Shown here piece by piece: positions 40,397-50,633 of a stretch of 64,000 nucleotides of DNA (position 1 is its first letter; each line of letters opens with the position of its first letter). The DNA is from an uncultured Poribacteria bacterium. GTDB taxonomy: Bacteria; Poribacteria; WGA-4E; WGA-3G. The position numbers and the translations under genes are program-made. The notes under the pieces were generated by a model that saw nothing but the letters and a program-made list of their open reading frames with translations, made no database searches and was not told the DNA's origin. The stretch lies in the NCBI GenBank assembly GCA_951813565.1, contig OX638351.1, positions 3,104,001 to 3,168,000 of the forward strand. The letters are read 5' to 3'.

Positions 40397-41395
40397 ATGG
40401 ATACATCCGAAAAACAACCACGCAAAAAAGCTGATATGCATGTCGGTGTCCAGGGAATTGGGACATCTGAAAAAGAGTTGGAATTCCTTGTCCGGCATGG
40501 TGTAGCACACATGGATGCATCAGTCAGAAACAACCAACCCGAAACCTTGATGGAACACAAATCGGAAGCAGAGGCAGCAGGTGTCAGCCTTGAGATGATT
40601 CACATTGGACTTGCAAAAAGCATTACACTTGCCCAAGACCCACAACGTGATAAAGATATTGATGGCGTTTGTAAGACAATCGAAAATGCTGCAAAGGCAG
40701 GTTTGCGGGGTCTGAATTATAACTTTTGCATCCTGAATCACCAGCGGACTCAAAGTACACAAGGACGTGGCGGTTCGTCTTATAGCACATTTGATTTCTC
40801 CAAGTACGATAATGAAACGCTCTCAGATGCAGGTGAGGTAAGCCGTGAAGAAGCGTTTGATCGTGTCGGATACTTTCTTGAACGTGTCATTCCCGTTGCC
40901 GAAGAGAACAAGGTTCAGATGGCATGTCACCCCAACGATCCACCTGCACCTGTTTTACGTGGTGTTGAACGTTGGAATTACCCCATCTTTGACGGATTAA
41001 AACGATTCGTTGAGATAATGGATAGTCCATACCACGGTTTTAATTTCTGCTGTGGGACTGTCTCGGAAGGTTTAGGCGACCCTGGTACCGAACTATACGA
41101 AATTATTGAGTATTTCGGCAAACGAAAGAAGATTTTCAATATTCATTTTCGCAATATTCGTGGTGGCTTGCATAACTTCCAAGAGGTATGGCCCGATGAG
41201 GGTGATGTGAACATGCATAAGGTCGCCCAAACACTGCGGGATGTAGAATATCCTTATATGCTAATGCCCGATCACGCGCCATCTCACCCAGATGATACTG
41301 CTCCCGCGGGTGTATCTGGTCGTGTGCGGCAAGCGTGGGCATTTCAATTTGGATATATCATTGCGCTAATTCAAGCGGTAAATTCAGAAAAGTGA
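40397..41395 (+). CDS. Mannonate dehydratase family protein (UxuA-like)
   Basis: NYNF, FLERVIPVAEE, CHPNDPP, NFCCGT, IHFRN, EGDVNM, LMPDH. Confidence 0.85.
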   Translation: MDTSEKQPRKKADMHVGVQGIGTSEKELEFLVRHGVAHMDASVRNNQPETLMEHKSEAEAAGVSLEMIHIGLAKSITLAQDPQRDKDIDGVCKTIENAAKAGLRGLNYNFCILNHQRTQSTQGRGGSSYSTFDFSKYDNETLSDAGEVSREEAFDRVGYFLERVIPVAEENKVQMACHPNDPPAPVLRGVERWNYPIFDGLKRFVEIMDSPYHGFNFCCGTVSEGLGDPGTELYEIIEYFGKRKKIFNIHFRNIRGGLHNFQEVWPDEGDVNMHKVAQTLRDVEYPYMLMPDHAPSHPDDTAPAGVSGRVRQAWAFQFGYIIALIQAVNSEK

Positions 41396-41535
41396 ACTGT
41401 TCAATTATATTGTTGATGCAAAAAGGAAGGTATGTTAAAATTCGTAATACCATTTACCTGCATAGTGTTGTTTAAATGGCAGCTGATAATTGGGTAACAG
41501 CAGAATCAAAATATCTTAATCTATTTGGAGGAAAA

Positions 41536-42330
41536 ATGAAAAAGAAGATTACGAATCGCTTGGCGATAGTTAGTATCACTTTATTCGTCATCATGCTCAC
41601 ATTCTCAGTAAAAATTGATGCGATTGAACCCGGGAGTGCTATGGCAATTTGGCTACTTGATGAAGGTGATGGGGATGTAATCAACGATAGTTCTGGAAAT
41701 GAGAACCATGGTGAACTGCAAGGTGGAAAATGGATTGATGGTCCTTCTGGCCCTGCCTTGAGTTTAGATGGAGTAAATGATCGGGTTATCGTGCCGGATT
41801 CCGATAGTTTATATGCCGACAAAGCATGGACAATCACAGCTTGGGTTTCTGTAAATCCTGCCGAGAACGGTTTTGGACATATAATCGGTAAAAGAGACGA
41901 TCCCGCTGCAACAGCAAATTACGCTTTCAGGACGAGTGGTAATGGTCAAGGATGGGAAGCTTACTTTAGGCTAAACGGCTGGAAAGGTGCCTGGAACCAA
42001 GGAGCCGTGAAGAAAGGCGTTTGGTTGTATATGACTGCTACTTATGATGGAACGAATACCATTAGGATTTATGAAAATGGATCCCAAATCGGTGCTGTTA
42101 ACGTTGGTGGTCCTCCACCAAGAGGGAGAGCAAATGTTCACATCGGTGGCTGGACTAACAACACTTCAGAAACTCTTAATGGCATGCTCTACGATGTAGC
42201 GATTTTCAATGTCGCGTTGTCTGAAGCGGATATTAATGAACTGATGGATGACGGCATTGCCGGTTTACTTCCAGTTGAACCTGCTGATAAGCTTACAACC
42301 ACATGGGGTAACATCAAATCCCGACAATAA
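41536..42330 (+). CDS. Secreted LamG/concanavalin-like domain protein
   Basis: Signal peptide, WLLDEGDG..DSSGN.NHG, ALSLDG, W.YMTATYDG, terminal VEPADKLTTTWGNIK; GGAGG RBS. Confidence 0.88.
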   Translation: MKKKITNRLAIVSITLFVIMLTFSVKIDAIEPGSAMAIWLLDEGDGDVINDSSGNENHGELQGGKWIDGPSGPALSLDGVNDRVIVPDSDSLYADKAWTITAWVSVNPAENGFGHIIGKRDDPAATANYAFRTSGNGQGWEAYFRLNGWKGAWNQGAVKKGVWLYMTATYDGTNTIRIYENGSQIGAVNVGGPPPRGRANVHIGGWTNNTSETLNGMLYDVAIFNVALSEADINELMDDGIAGLLPVEPADKLTTTWGNIKSRQ

Positions 42331-42347
42331 TCGTTTCCTTTTCAAAT

Positions 42348-42374
42348 AAGGCGTAATGTTTCGCATTACGCCTT
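42348..42374 (+). terminator. Hairpin after the LamG gene (possible terminator)
   Basis: AAGGCGTAATG-TTTCG-CATTACGCCTT; the U tract is weak. Confidence 0.5.
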
Positions 42375-42403
42375 CCCTCTAATCCAATGAAGGACAGATG
42401 AAA

Positions 42404-42667
42404 ATGGAAGAAAACCATCACGCTGAGAGTTTGGAACATGCACGAAAATTGAACCGCTTGGCATGTAAGCAAATTTCTGATGGTAATCTTGAAGAAGCGA
42501 AAGAGAACTTAATTGAAGCGATACACATAGCGCCCAATTTGGCTGCACCGCACACCAATTTGGGCGTTTTGCATTGTTGGGATGGTGAGTTAGATGAAGC
42601 GATTGCTTTGCATCTCAAGGCACGACCTTTAAAAAGATCAAAACGCACACTGACAATGCAATGCTAA
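42404..42667 (+). pseudogene. Short or truncated TPR protein
   Basis: About two TPRs (GNLEEAK..AIHIAPN..HTNLG..GELDEAI..KA) followed by an unrelated tail. Confidence 0.5.
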
Positions 42668-42668
42668 T

Positions 42669-43964
42669 ATGGAGATGATGACTATGGCAAAATCACCGAA
42701 CATTCTACTTATCCTCGCTGACGATCACGGATATGGCGATATTTCTGCACACAATGGACCATCAATTCAAACACCAAATATTGACAGGATTGCCACAGAC
42801 GGCGTACGCTTTACACAATTTTATGCGAATTCTTCTGTCTGCTCCCCGAGCCGCGCATCCCTTATGACAGGACGCTACCCCGATAGAGTCGGTGTTCCCG
42901 GTGTGATTCGCACCCATGCCCAGAACAATTGGGGTTATTTTCGACAGGACGCTATCACGTTTCCGTCAATGTTGAAACAGAAAGATTATCGGACAGCACT
43001 CATCGGGAAATGGCATTTAGGTCTTGAAGACGAGAATCACCCGTGCAGACGGGGTTTTGACCACTTTCATGGTTTCCTCGGTGATATGATGGATGACTAT
43101 TACACGCATCTTAGGCATCAGAATAACTACATGCGGCATGACTTTGATACGATTGATCCAAGAGGACACGCTACAGACCTTTTCTCGAATTGGAGCGTGG
43201 ACTTTATTCGTAAGCACGCGCATACATCTCACCCTTTTTTCCTCTATCTTGCCTATAATGCACCGCACACACCGATTCAACCGCCTGATGATTGGGTTGA
43301 ACGGGTAAGAGAACGTGAACCGGATATTTCACCACAACGCGCAAAATACGTTGCACTTGTTGAACACATGGATGCAGGTATCGGACGCTTGCTTGATACA
43401 CTTGAGGAAACCGGTCAGCTTTCCAACACGCTGGTTATCTACACATCTGACAACGGTGGTGCAATGCAGGTCGGTGCTAACAATGGTCAACTGCGTGGGC
43501 AGAAAGGTGAGATGTACGAAGGTGGCATACGCGTGCCTACATGTGCAATGTGGAAAGGACAGATTCCAGAAGGACACGTTACGGATCAGGTAGGAATGCT
43601 TATGGATCTCTACCCGACGGTGTGTGAGGTTGCTGGTGTGCCTATCAACCACGAAATTGAGGGACGTTCAATTTGGCAAACACTTCAAGGAGAAAAACAG
43701 GACTTCTCTGAAAGACTCCTTTATTGGTTGCGAAGAGAGGGCGGGCAACAGTTTCACGGACAGTGTCAACATGCTATTCGGCGTGGCGACATAAAGTTGC
43801 TGCATAACAGACCTTTTGAACCGCTGGAACTTTATGACCTTTCAAGCGATCCGCTGGAAACGACTGATACTTCACAGACGAACGCTAATCTTTATAAAGA
43901 AATGGGGCGTCTGTTTCAGGAAGAGACACAAAAGGCGGGTAATGTGCCGTGGCAGAAAACGTAG
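42669..43964 (+). CDS. Cys-type sulfatase (arylsulfatase A-like)
   Basis: PNILLILADDHG, CSPSRASLMTG, GKWHLG, SDNG, YEGGIRVP. Confidence 0.95.
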   Translation: MEMMTMAKSPNILLILADDHGYGDISAHNGPSIQTPNIDRIATDGVRFTQFYANSSVCSPSRASLMTGRYPDRVGVPGVIRTHAQNNWGYFRQDAITFPSMLKQKDYRTALIGKWHLGLEDENHPCRRGFDHFHGFLGDMMDDYYTHLRHQNNYMRHDFDTIDPRGHATDLFSNWSVDFIRKHAHTSHPFFLYLAYNAPHTPIQPPDDWVERVREREPDISPQRAKYVALVEHMDAGIGRLLDTLEETGQLSNTLVIYTSDNGGAMQVGANNGQLRGQKGEMYEGGIRVPTCAMWKGQIPEGHVTDQVGMLMDLYPTVCEVAGVPINHEIEGRSIWQTLQGEKQDFSERLLYWLRREGGQQFHGQCQHAIRRGDIKLLHNRPFEPLELYDLSSDPLETTDTSQTNANLYKEMGRLFQEETQKAGNVPWQKT

Positions 43965-44191
43965 CCATTTCTCTCATTTACATCTATCTCATAATCGTAA
44001 ACTGATTTAGAAAATACAACAATTGTGCGGTGAATTCACTGTATAATGCCATTTCTGAATGATCGCTTTTGATAAGCAAAAAACGCGTTTGTAGTCGCGC
44101 AATTCATTGCGCCTCTTCTTGTAGGAGTGACCTCCTGGTCGCGACTTTTAAACTATATGATCCTTGTAAACACCGAATGACAATGTCCAGT

Positions 44192-44326
44192 TATAGCGGA
44201 TTCTACAATTAACTGGACATCTGAGCTGTCCGAGGAAACTCCGATTCCCGACTATTAGTGGTTTCGTCGCGATTCGGAGATCGCTCCTACAGAATATATG
44301 TGAACTTATTTACATAATTTACTATA
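44192..44326. mobile_element. 135-bp MITE (copy 2) inserted at a TA inside the TIR of a related element
   Basis: The uninterrupted host GTCCAGTTAATTGTAAAATC is seen at 20881; here it is split with TA duplicated. Confidence 0.75.
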
Positions 44327-44632
44327 ATTGTAAAATCTACCATATCAATACCTTGTAGGCGCGCTGTTATAGTATTCAAGTGATTATAGGTTCGCTATAA
44401 AAGGTTTTAGATTTTTTGCACCTACACACTTGCCATCAACCGATGGTATATTTTGCTATCTTCCTGGGTATAAAATGTCTCAATAATTATAGGCTTCATC
44501 TAAATGCTACTGTAGCGTTTACGATTGCGTTGACATTCCTCCGCATCCATTATATAATCATAGAGATTTTACTGAATAGTACCGCCTCCAAGTAAACCTT
44601 TGCTAAAAGATGGTTGAATTTTGGGTAAGCAC

Positions 44633-45286
44633 ATGAATGAAAATAACGAGACGAGTCTAAAGACTGAAACAGATGACACAGCAAATTTGTCAACATCACC
44701 GGGAAACGCAGAAACACCGCAACCAAATGGTCTTGCAGAAATAAATCAGACTTTGGCTGCGTTGCAAGACCTATTTGAAAAGCAAATTGCTCGGAACCAA
44801 AATCAGACAGAGATGTTTGACAAAATGTACGCTGAGATGAAGGACTATAAAGAAAGTTTTTTGCTTGAAGTGCTTCACAAACCGATTATCCACAACCTCA
44901 TCCAACTTTACGATAGTTTTCTATCTATAGAATCTCAACTTGATGACATTCTCATCGGTAAAGAAAACAACATTCTCACGGATGAACTATCACAATATCG
45001 CCAGAATTTAGAAAACTTTCGGTATAAACTGGAAGAGGTCCTATACCGCATGGACGTGACACCCTATAAAGACTCCCCTGAAACACTTGACAGACAGTTG
45101 CACAAAACGCGCAAAGTAATTTCATCCGATGATCCAAAACAGGATCAAAAAGTAGCGGAAATTCACAAAATTGGGTTCAACTGGCGAGATAAAGTTTTCC
45201 GTCCGGAAGAGGTCACAATCTTTCGTTATACACCTTCCGCAGGTGAACCTCCTTTGAATAAGAAAGGAGATAACACCAATGGGTAA
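44633..45286 (+). CDS. GrpE-like nucleotide exchange factor
   Basis: Long N-terminal coiled coil, LIQLYD, LEEVLYRMDV, LDRQLHK, VAEIHKIGF..DKVFRPEEV (GrpE beta-domain pattern); overlaps the Hsp70 start. Confidence 0.8.
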   Translation: MNENNETSLKTETDDTANLSTSPGNAETPQPNGLAEINQTLAALQDLFEKQIARNQNQTEMFDKMYAEMKDYKESFLLEVLHKPIIHNLIQLYDSFLSIESQLDDILIGKENNILTDELSQYRQNLENFRYKLEEVLYRMDVTPYKDSPETLDRQLHKTRKVISSDDPKQDQKVAEIHKIGFNWRDKVFRPEEVTIFRYTPSAGEPPLNKKGDNTNG

Positions 45287-46874
45287 AGTTGTCGGGATTG
45301 ACCTTGGTACAACATTCTCTGTGATAGCACACATCAATGCGCATGGTCAACCAGAGATTATTCCAAATTTAGAAAGCGAGCGTATTACATCTTCGGTAGT
45401 CATGTTTGAGGACAACCTCGTAACTGTCGGAAAAATTGCCAAGCAGAATGCAAGAGCGGTTCCTGAACAGATCGTAGAATTTGTTAAACGCGAGATGGGG
45501 AAATCCAAAGTGGAATTCTTTCGCACATTTGAAGGAAAAGACTACTCCCCTGAAGAACTCTCTGCACTTATTATGACAAAACTCAAGCAGGATGCAGAGG
45601 CATATCTGAATGAAGAGATTACGGATGCGGTTATTACTGTTCCTGCCTATTTTCACGATGCAGAACGGGAGGCTACCCGCAACGCGGGGAAAATCGCTGG
45701 CTTGAATGTCTTACAAGTGCTGAACGAGCCGACTGCCGCCGCACTTGCCTACGGTATTGATCAATTAGGAAATAACCAAAATGTCTTCGTATTTGACCTT
45801 GGTGGCGGAACGTTCGACGTAACAATCATGAAAGTTTCTGAATCAGAGATACAGATGCTTGCAACGAACGGTGATCATCGACTTGGCGGTAAGGATTGGG
45901 ACGATAAAATTATCACGCACGTTGCAGAGATGTTTGAGATAGAACATGGCGAAAATCCGTTGGAGGATCTTCACACATACCAAGACCTTCAACTTGATGC
46001 CATTGCTGCCAAAGAATCTTTGTCTCAGCGGCAGCGGGCATTAATCGTTTGTGGGTATAACGGGAGGACAACTCGCGTGGAGTTGGAGCGCGGAAGGTTT
46101 GAGGAACTGACCGCTGAACTCCTTGAAAGATGCCGCGCCTTGTGTGATGTTGTCCTTTCTGAAGCAGACATGACGTGGACAGATATTGACAAAATCCTGC
46201 TGGTGGGTGGTTCAACTCGGATGCCGATGGTGCAGCAGATGATCGCCACAATCAGCGGCAAAGAGATCAACCCGCATGAAGTCAATCCTGACGAAGTTGT
46301 CGCAATTGGCGCAGCAATTCAGGGAACACTCCGCCAAATATCCGAAGGAAACACTGAAACAGTAGATATGCCTGACGCTGTTATTGAACGGTTTATTGGA
46401 CCAGACGGTGCGCCGAAAGTAACAGTAACCGACGGTGCCACACATAATCTTGGACTCGTTGTCCTCAACTCTCAACGTGAGCATATTATTCACGTCATGA
46501 TTCCTAAGATGACTGCTGTTCCGTGCGAAATTGCCGATAAGTTTTTGACGGTTGATCACAATCAACCCTCGGTTTTAATTGAGGTGGTGCAGGGACTTGA
46601 ACAGGACCAACTCAAGGACGAAATTGACCTATTTGATGAATATAAATTAGGTCAATGCACCCTTGAATTGCCATCAGGTCTACCACAAGGGTCGCCAATT
46701 GAAGTCATCTACAAGTATAACTTGGACCAGAATCTTGAGGTCACAGCTACATCTCTCTCTAACGATGGTGCTACGGCTATCTACGACATTTTTTCCATTA
46801 TTGATCGGCCAACACTCAATGAAGAGGAAGTTGCACAGGCAAAGACTGACCTACAAGACCTCGTAGTTGAATAG
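45279..46874 (+). CDS. Hsp70-family protein (non-canonical, lacks the alpha-helical lid)
   Basis: GIDLGTT, TVPAYF, NEPTAAA, DLGGGTFD, LVGGSTRMP, NPDEVVAIGAA, SBD-beta (TVDHNQPSVLIEVVQG); only 531 aa; linker VTVTD instead of VLLLD. Confidence 0.92.
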   Translation: MGKVVGIDLGTTFSVIAHINAHGQPEIIPNLESERITSSVVMFEDNLVTVGKIAKQNARAVPEQIVEFVKREMGKSKVEFFRTFEGKDYSPEELSALIMTKLKQDAEAYLNEEITDAVITVPAYFHDAEREATRNAGKIAGLNVLQVLNEPTAAALAYGIDQLGNNQNVFVFDLGGGTFDVTIMKVSESEIQMLATNGDHRLGGKDWDDKIITHVAEMFEIEHGENPLEDLHTYQDLQLDAIAAKESLSQRQRALIVCGYNGRTTRVELERGRFEELTAELLERCRALCDVVLSEADMTWTDIDKILLVGGSTRMPMVQQMIATISGKEINPHEVNPDEVVAIGAAIQGTLRQISEGNTETVDMPDAVIERFIGPDGAPKVTVTDGATHNLGLVVLNSQREHIIHVMIPKMTAVPCEIADKFLTVDHNQPSVLIEVVQGLEQDQLKDEIDLFDEYKLGQCTLELPSGLPQGSPIEVIYKYNLDQNLEVTATSLSNDGATAIYDIFSIIDRPTLNEEEVAQAKTDLQDLVVE

Positions 46875-47058
46875 GTAAAGACTCTTAAAATAAAACACCT
46901 TTATAGCAGTTGTAGGTTGGGTAGAACGGATACCTACAATAAAGTTAGGTGTTGAAGAGGGTTTTAAGATGCATGTGAAACTGAAATTTCTAAAAATGAG
47001 TGAAACCCAACACGTTATCATATAAGGGTTAGTTGGATTTCGCTATTCTATCTATACA

Positions 47059-47810
47059 AACGTGAGTTTGATAATTAACCAGAGCCATTCAATTCTCCAA
47101 TGATTTCTTTCTTTCCCAAGACTCCAAAAAATCGCGTCAACCACCATGCTGACAACAAAATGCACGCTCATCCAAGATGCAAAAACGTATCAACCCAACT
47201 TTTCCTGCAAACTTATTGTCAATATATTGGATATCTATTGTTCCTAACGCCACAAAAACCTCTGATCACTACATAGAACTTGGTATAATATCAGTATGAA
47301 AAGAGAAAACCGATCCCCAAACACACCGAAAATCGAAAGTAACTCTCTAATGCAAAGACGACAACGCAAAACTTATCAAAATAAAATATCTCCAGCAAAA
47401 GGAAACCCGTGTTCCTCAACGCAGATGAAAAATATAAAATCTAAATAAAATGTCTATAAACCCTTACATATACTGAGTTTATAGTGAATTTCAAAAAGTT
47501 GCCACGGTATGAAAAAAGTTACCGTATGGTAACTTTTTAAGGAGATGATTCCAATAAAATGAGAAGAAAAATACAATCAATTCGTGCATCTGGGAACGAT
47601 TTTTAGGTCCCAATTTTTCGACTAAAACCGATAATTAGACGAAAATTGAATGCCTCTGGATAATTAACAGGACAGAGGCAAATTGAACAGAGAACGGGCA
47701 TATTTGCTTAAAAAATCGTTATTTTGGTGTTTTTAAACCCCCTAAGTCCCCTTATCAGAGGAACTTTAAGAGGAAATGTGGAAGTCCTAACTATTTATCA
47801 AACTCACATT
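47059..47810. mobile_element. 752-bp non-coding MITE-like element nested inside a REP pair (46912-47887)
   Basis: TIRs AACGTGAGTTTGATAA / TTATCAAACTCACATT flanked by ATACA direct repeats; outer inverted GTAGGTTGGGTAGAACGG / CCGCTCTACCCAACCTAC. Confidence 0.65.
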
Positions 47811-47942
47811 ATACAAATAGTCATTGAAAACAGAAGTCCTTGTGAAATTTAATAAAGTTTGATCGTTTACCGCTCTACCCAACCTACGACGACTATCTTT
47901 AGGCAGTGGGTAATATCATGTTTGAACAGAAGGAATGAACGT

Positions 47943-49178
47943 ATGTCCAAACGTGAGGAATTTATATCATTTATCAATACCCTCAAAACTGCTTCCCCAA
48001 CAATTACCGATGAACAACGTAAGGGTTTCCTGCGATTAGGAGTCCAACAGCACGGTCTTACTGTTGATGAAGCGTCTAATATCCTTAATGCGGCTGGATT
48101 GGCTATCGGTGAAAGGGTAGATTATTTTGAAATATTAGGATTCTCAATTGCAGAAATACAAAGCTTAAACGAATCGGCTACCGCAAGTCAGGTTGAAGCA
48201 GCACACAAAAAACTTTATACTGCTTCGTTGAGGGCAGGAGGTCGTCCTCGTCCTGATGGTAGAACAGAAGAACAGTGGCGCGTACTCTTGAATCAAGCAC
48301 GTAATACGCTAATAGACCCGCAAAAACGCAGCGTATACGTGGCAACTCAACAACACGAAGAAAGTTTTATAGTCAAGGCATCAAAGCCCAAAAATCTTGA
48401 CAACATGGAGCTTATTCCCGCAGGCGAATTTGAAATGGGCAGCAATGATGACGAATCTTTAGAAGACGAACATCTTATACACACCGTTTTTCTTGACGCA
48501 TTCTATATAGACAAATATCCTGTGACCAATGCACAATATAAGGCATTTGTAGACGCTAACCCACAGTGGCGTAAGCACGACATACCTAAAAAATACCACG
48601 ATGTTGACTACCTAAGACATTGGCGTGGCAGCAGTTTTCCGAAAACTGAGGCTGATCATCCGGTGGTTAATGTGAGCTGGTATGCCGCGATGGCTTACGC
48701 ACAATGGCAAGGTAAACGTTTGCCCACAGAGGCGGAGTGGGAAAAGGCTGCGCGAGGCGGCGTCGAAGATCAAAAATATCCGTGGGGTGATTTTGCGGAT
48801 CCTTCTATGGCAAATTATGATTGGAACGTTGGCGACACCACACCTGTGGGAAAGTACCCACCAAACGGGTACGATTTATATGACATGTGTGGCAACGTAT
48901 GGGAGTGGTGTCTTGATGCATATCATGAAGGTGTTTCTATGAGTTCATCGCCTCAAAATCCAATTTCCGGTGCTAATACTATTGAATGGATTGCTAACCA
49001 TTTTTTAGATGTTGAATCAAACCGCGTATTACGCGGCGGTTCTTGGCGTATTCCTGCGTTGTTTGTGCGGACAGCGAATCGCAACGCAGAAACTCCATCT
49101 TTTTCACTCAATGTTATCGGGTTCCGTTGTGTCTGGGGAGTAACATCTGAAAGCATACCACCTCCTATTGAAATATAG
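47943..49178 (+). CDS. J-domain-like + FGE-sulfatase (SUMF1/C-type-lectin fold) protein, paralogue 1
   Basis: DYFEILG..EAAHKKL..RPDG..LNQARNTLIDPQKRSVY; IPAGEFEMG, PVTNAQY, RLPTEAEWEKAARGG, GNVWEW, RGGSW, GFRC. Confidence 0.88.
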   Translation: MSKREEFISFINTLKTASPTITDEQRKGFLRLGVQQHGLTVDEASNILNAAGLAIGERVDYFEILGFSIAEIQSLNESATASQVEAAHKKLYTASLRAGGRPRPDGRTEEQWRVLLNQARNTLIDPQKRSVYVATQQHEESFIVKASKPKNLDNMELIPAGEFEMGSNDDESLEDEHLIHTVFLDAFYIDKYPVTNAQYKAFVDANPQWRKHDIPKKYHDVDYLRHWRGSSFPKTEADHPVVNVSWYAAMAYAQWQGKRLPTEAEWEKAARGGVEDQKYPWGDFADPSMANYDWNVGDTTPVGKYPPNGYDLYDMCGNVWEWCLDAYHEGVSMSSSPQNPISGANTIEWIANHFLDVESNRVLRGGSWRIPALFVRTANRNAETPSFSLNVIGFRCVWGVTSESIPPPIEI

Positions 49179-49213
49179 GTAAGTCAGACCGATTCTGGAA
49201 AGAGAACTAACCG

Positions 49214-50578
49214 ATGTCCAAACGCGATGAATTCATTACAATTATTCAGGCAGTTAGAAATGCTTCGCCGACTATTTCGAATGAACAACGCAAAGGGTTC
49301 CTCCGACAAGCGGTACAGCAGCACAATCTTACTGTTGAAGAGGCGACTAATATCCTTGATGCGTCAGGATTGGTTATTGGTGCACAGATTGATTATTTTG
49401 AGGTATTAGGTTTATCTATCTCAGAACTTGAAAACCAAAGTGAATCGGTCATCGTAAATCGCGTTGAGACAGCACACAAAAAACTGTACAGTGCTTCTTT
49501 GAGGGCAGGTGGTCGTCCCCGCGCCGATGGTCGGACAGAAGAACAGTGGCGGAATGTCTTAAATCAAGCACGTGATGTGTTGAAAGATCCGCAAAAGCGA
49601 ACTGAACACATTGCAACGTTACAGGCTGAAATATCGCAACCTGTTGATCTTACCTCGCGACAGGAATTCCCTACACCAGAAAGGACATCTTTAGGAATCT
49701 CGACCCCAGAAGATATGTTGCTTATTCCCGCAGGCGAGTTCCAAATGGGAAGCAATAACGAAAGAGCAAAAGTCCGTAAAAAACCTGCTTGTAAAGTCTA
49801 CGTTGATGCGTTCTATATGGACAAATATCCGGTAACGAACGCACAATATAAGGTCTTCATCGATGCCAACCCGCGGTGGGGAAAGCCATCAAAACGGGAC
49901 GAGTGGAATAGGGTGAAAAAGATACTATCTATTTTTGGGAAATACCACGATGGAAACTACCTAAAACATTGGCATGGCAACAATTTTCCGGTTGGGAAGG
50001 ATGATCATCCTGTAACTCACGTCAGTTGGTATGCGGCGATGGCGTATGCGCAATGGGCGGGAAAACGTCTACCAACTGAAGCGGAGTGGGAAAAAGCAGC
50101 TCGCGGCGGATTAAAAGGACAAAAATACCCATGGGGGAATCTCATGGATTCAAATATGGTGTTTTGTGGAAAGGATGTTGGCAAGACCACTTCTGTCGGA
50201 AAATATCCCCCGAACAACTACGGTTTGCATGATATAGTAGGGAATGTCTGGGAGTGGTGTGTTGATGAGTATGTTCCGAATTTCTACTCTTCTGCACCGG
50301 TTCGGAATCCAGTTGCTGGTTTAAGCACAAAAAAGGAATTAGAGTTATTAATTTTCAATTTTAGGAACGTTTCAACTGATCGTGTATTACGGGGTGGGTC
50401 ACTGTTTACTTCATCAGAACCCATTCAGACGGCTATACGTCGTGGGCGTTCGCCACTTCTCACAGTGGTATATTCAACAAAACTCGTGACCTCACATTCA
50501 ACAAGGTTCGCTGCTAACATAGGTTTCCGATGTGCTTGGGACACACGGCTTAAGTCGAATTTTTATAACCTGTATTGA
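49214..50578 (+). CDS. J-domain-like + FGE-sulfatase protein, paralogue 2
   Basis: Same architecture as paralogue 1; loop motif is RAD. Confidence 0.88.
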   Translation: MSKRDEFITIIQAVRNASPTISNEQRKGFLRQAVQQHNLTVEEATNILDASGLVIGAQIDYFEVLGLSISELENQSESVIVNRVETAHKKLYSASLRAGGRPRADGRTEEQWRNVLNQARDVLKDPQKRTEHIATLQAEISQPVDLTSRQEFPTPERTSLGISTPEDMLLIPAGEFQMGSNNERAKVRKKPACKVYVDAFYMDKYPVTNAQYKVFIDANPRWGKPSKRDEWNRVKKILSIFGKYHDGNYLKHWHGNNFPVGKDDHPVTHVSWYAAMAYAQWAGKRLPTEAEWEKAARGGLKGQKYPWGNLMDSNMVFCGKDVGKTTSVGKYPPNNYGLHDIVGNVWEWCVDEYVPNFYSSAPVRNPVAGLSTKKELELLIFNFRNVSTDRVLRGGSLFTSSEPIQTAIRRGRSPLLTVVYSTKLVTSHSTRFAANIGFRCAWDTRLKSNFYNLY

Positions 50579-50633
50579 TCCCTACTGTGGATCCGTTTAC
50601 ATAATTTTTACGATAGAAACACCAATTTACGAC

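Noticed and set aside
45279..46874. Housekeeping dnaK
   Set aside because: Only 531 aa, no lid, divergent linker, and no hrcA or canonical dnaJ nearby, so the symbol was withheld
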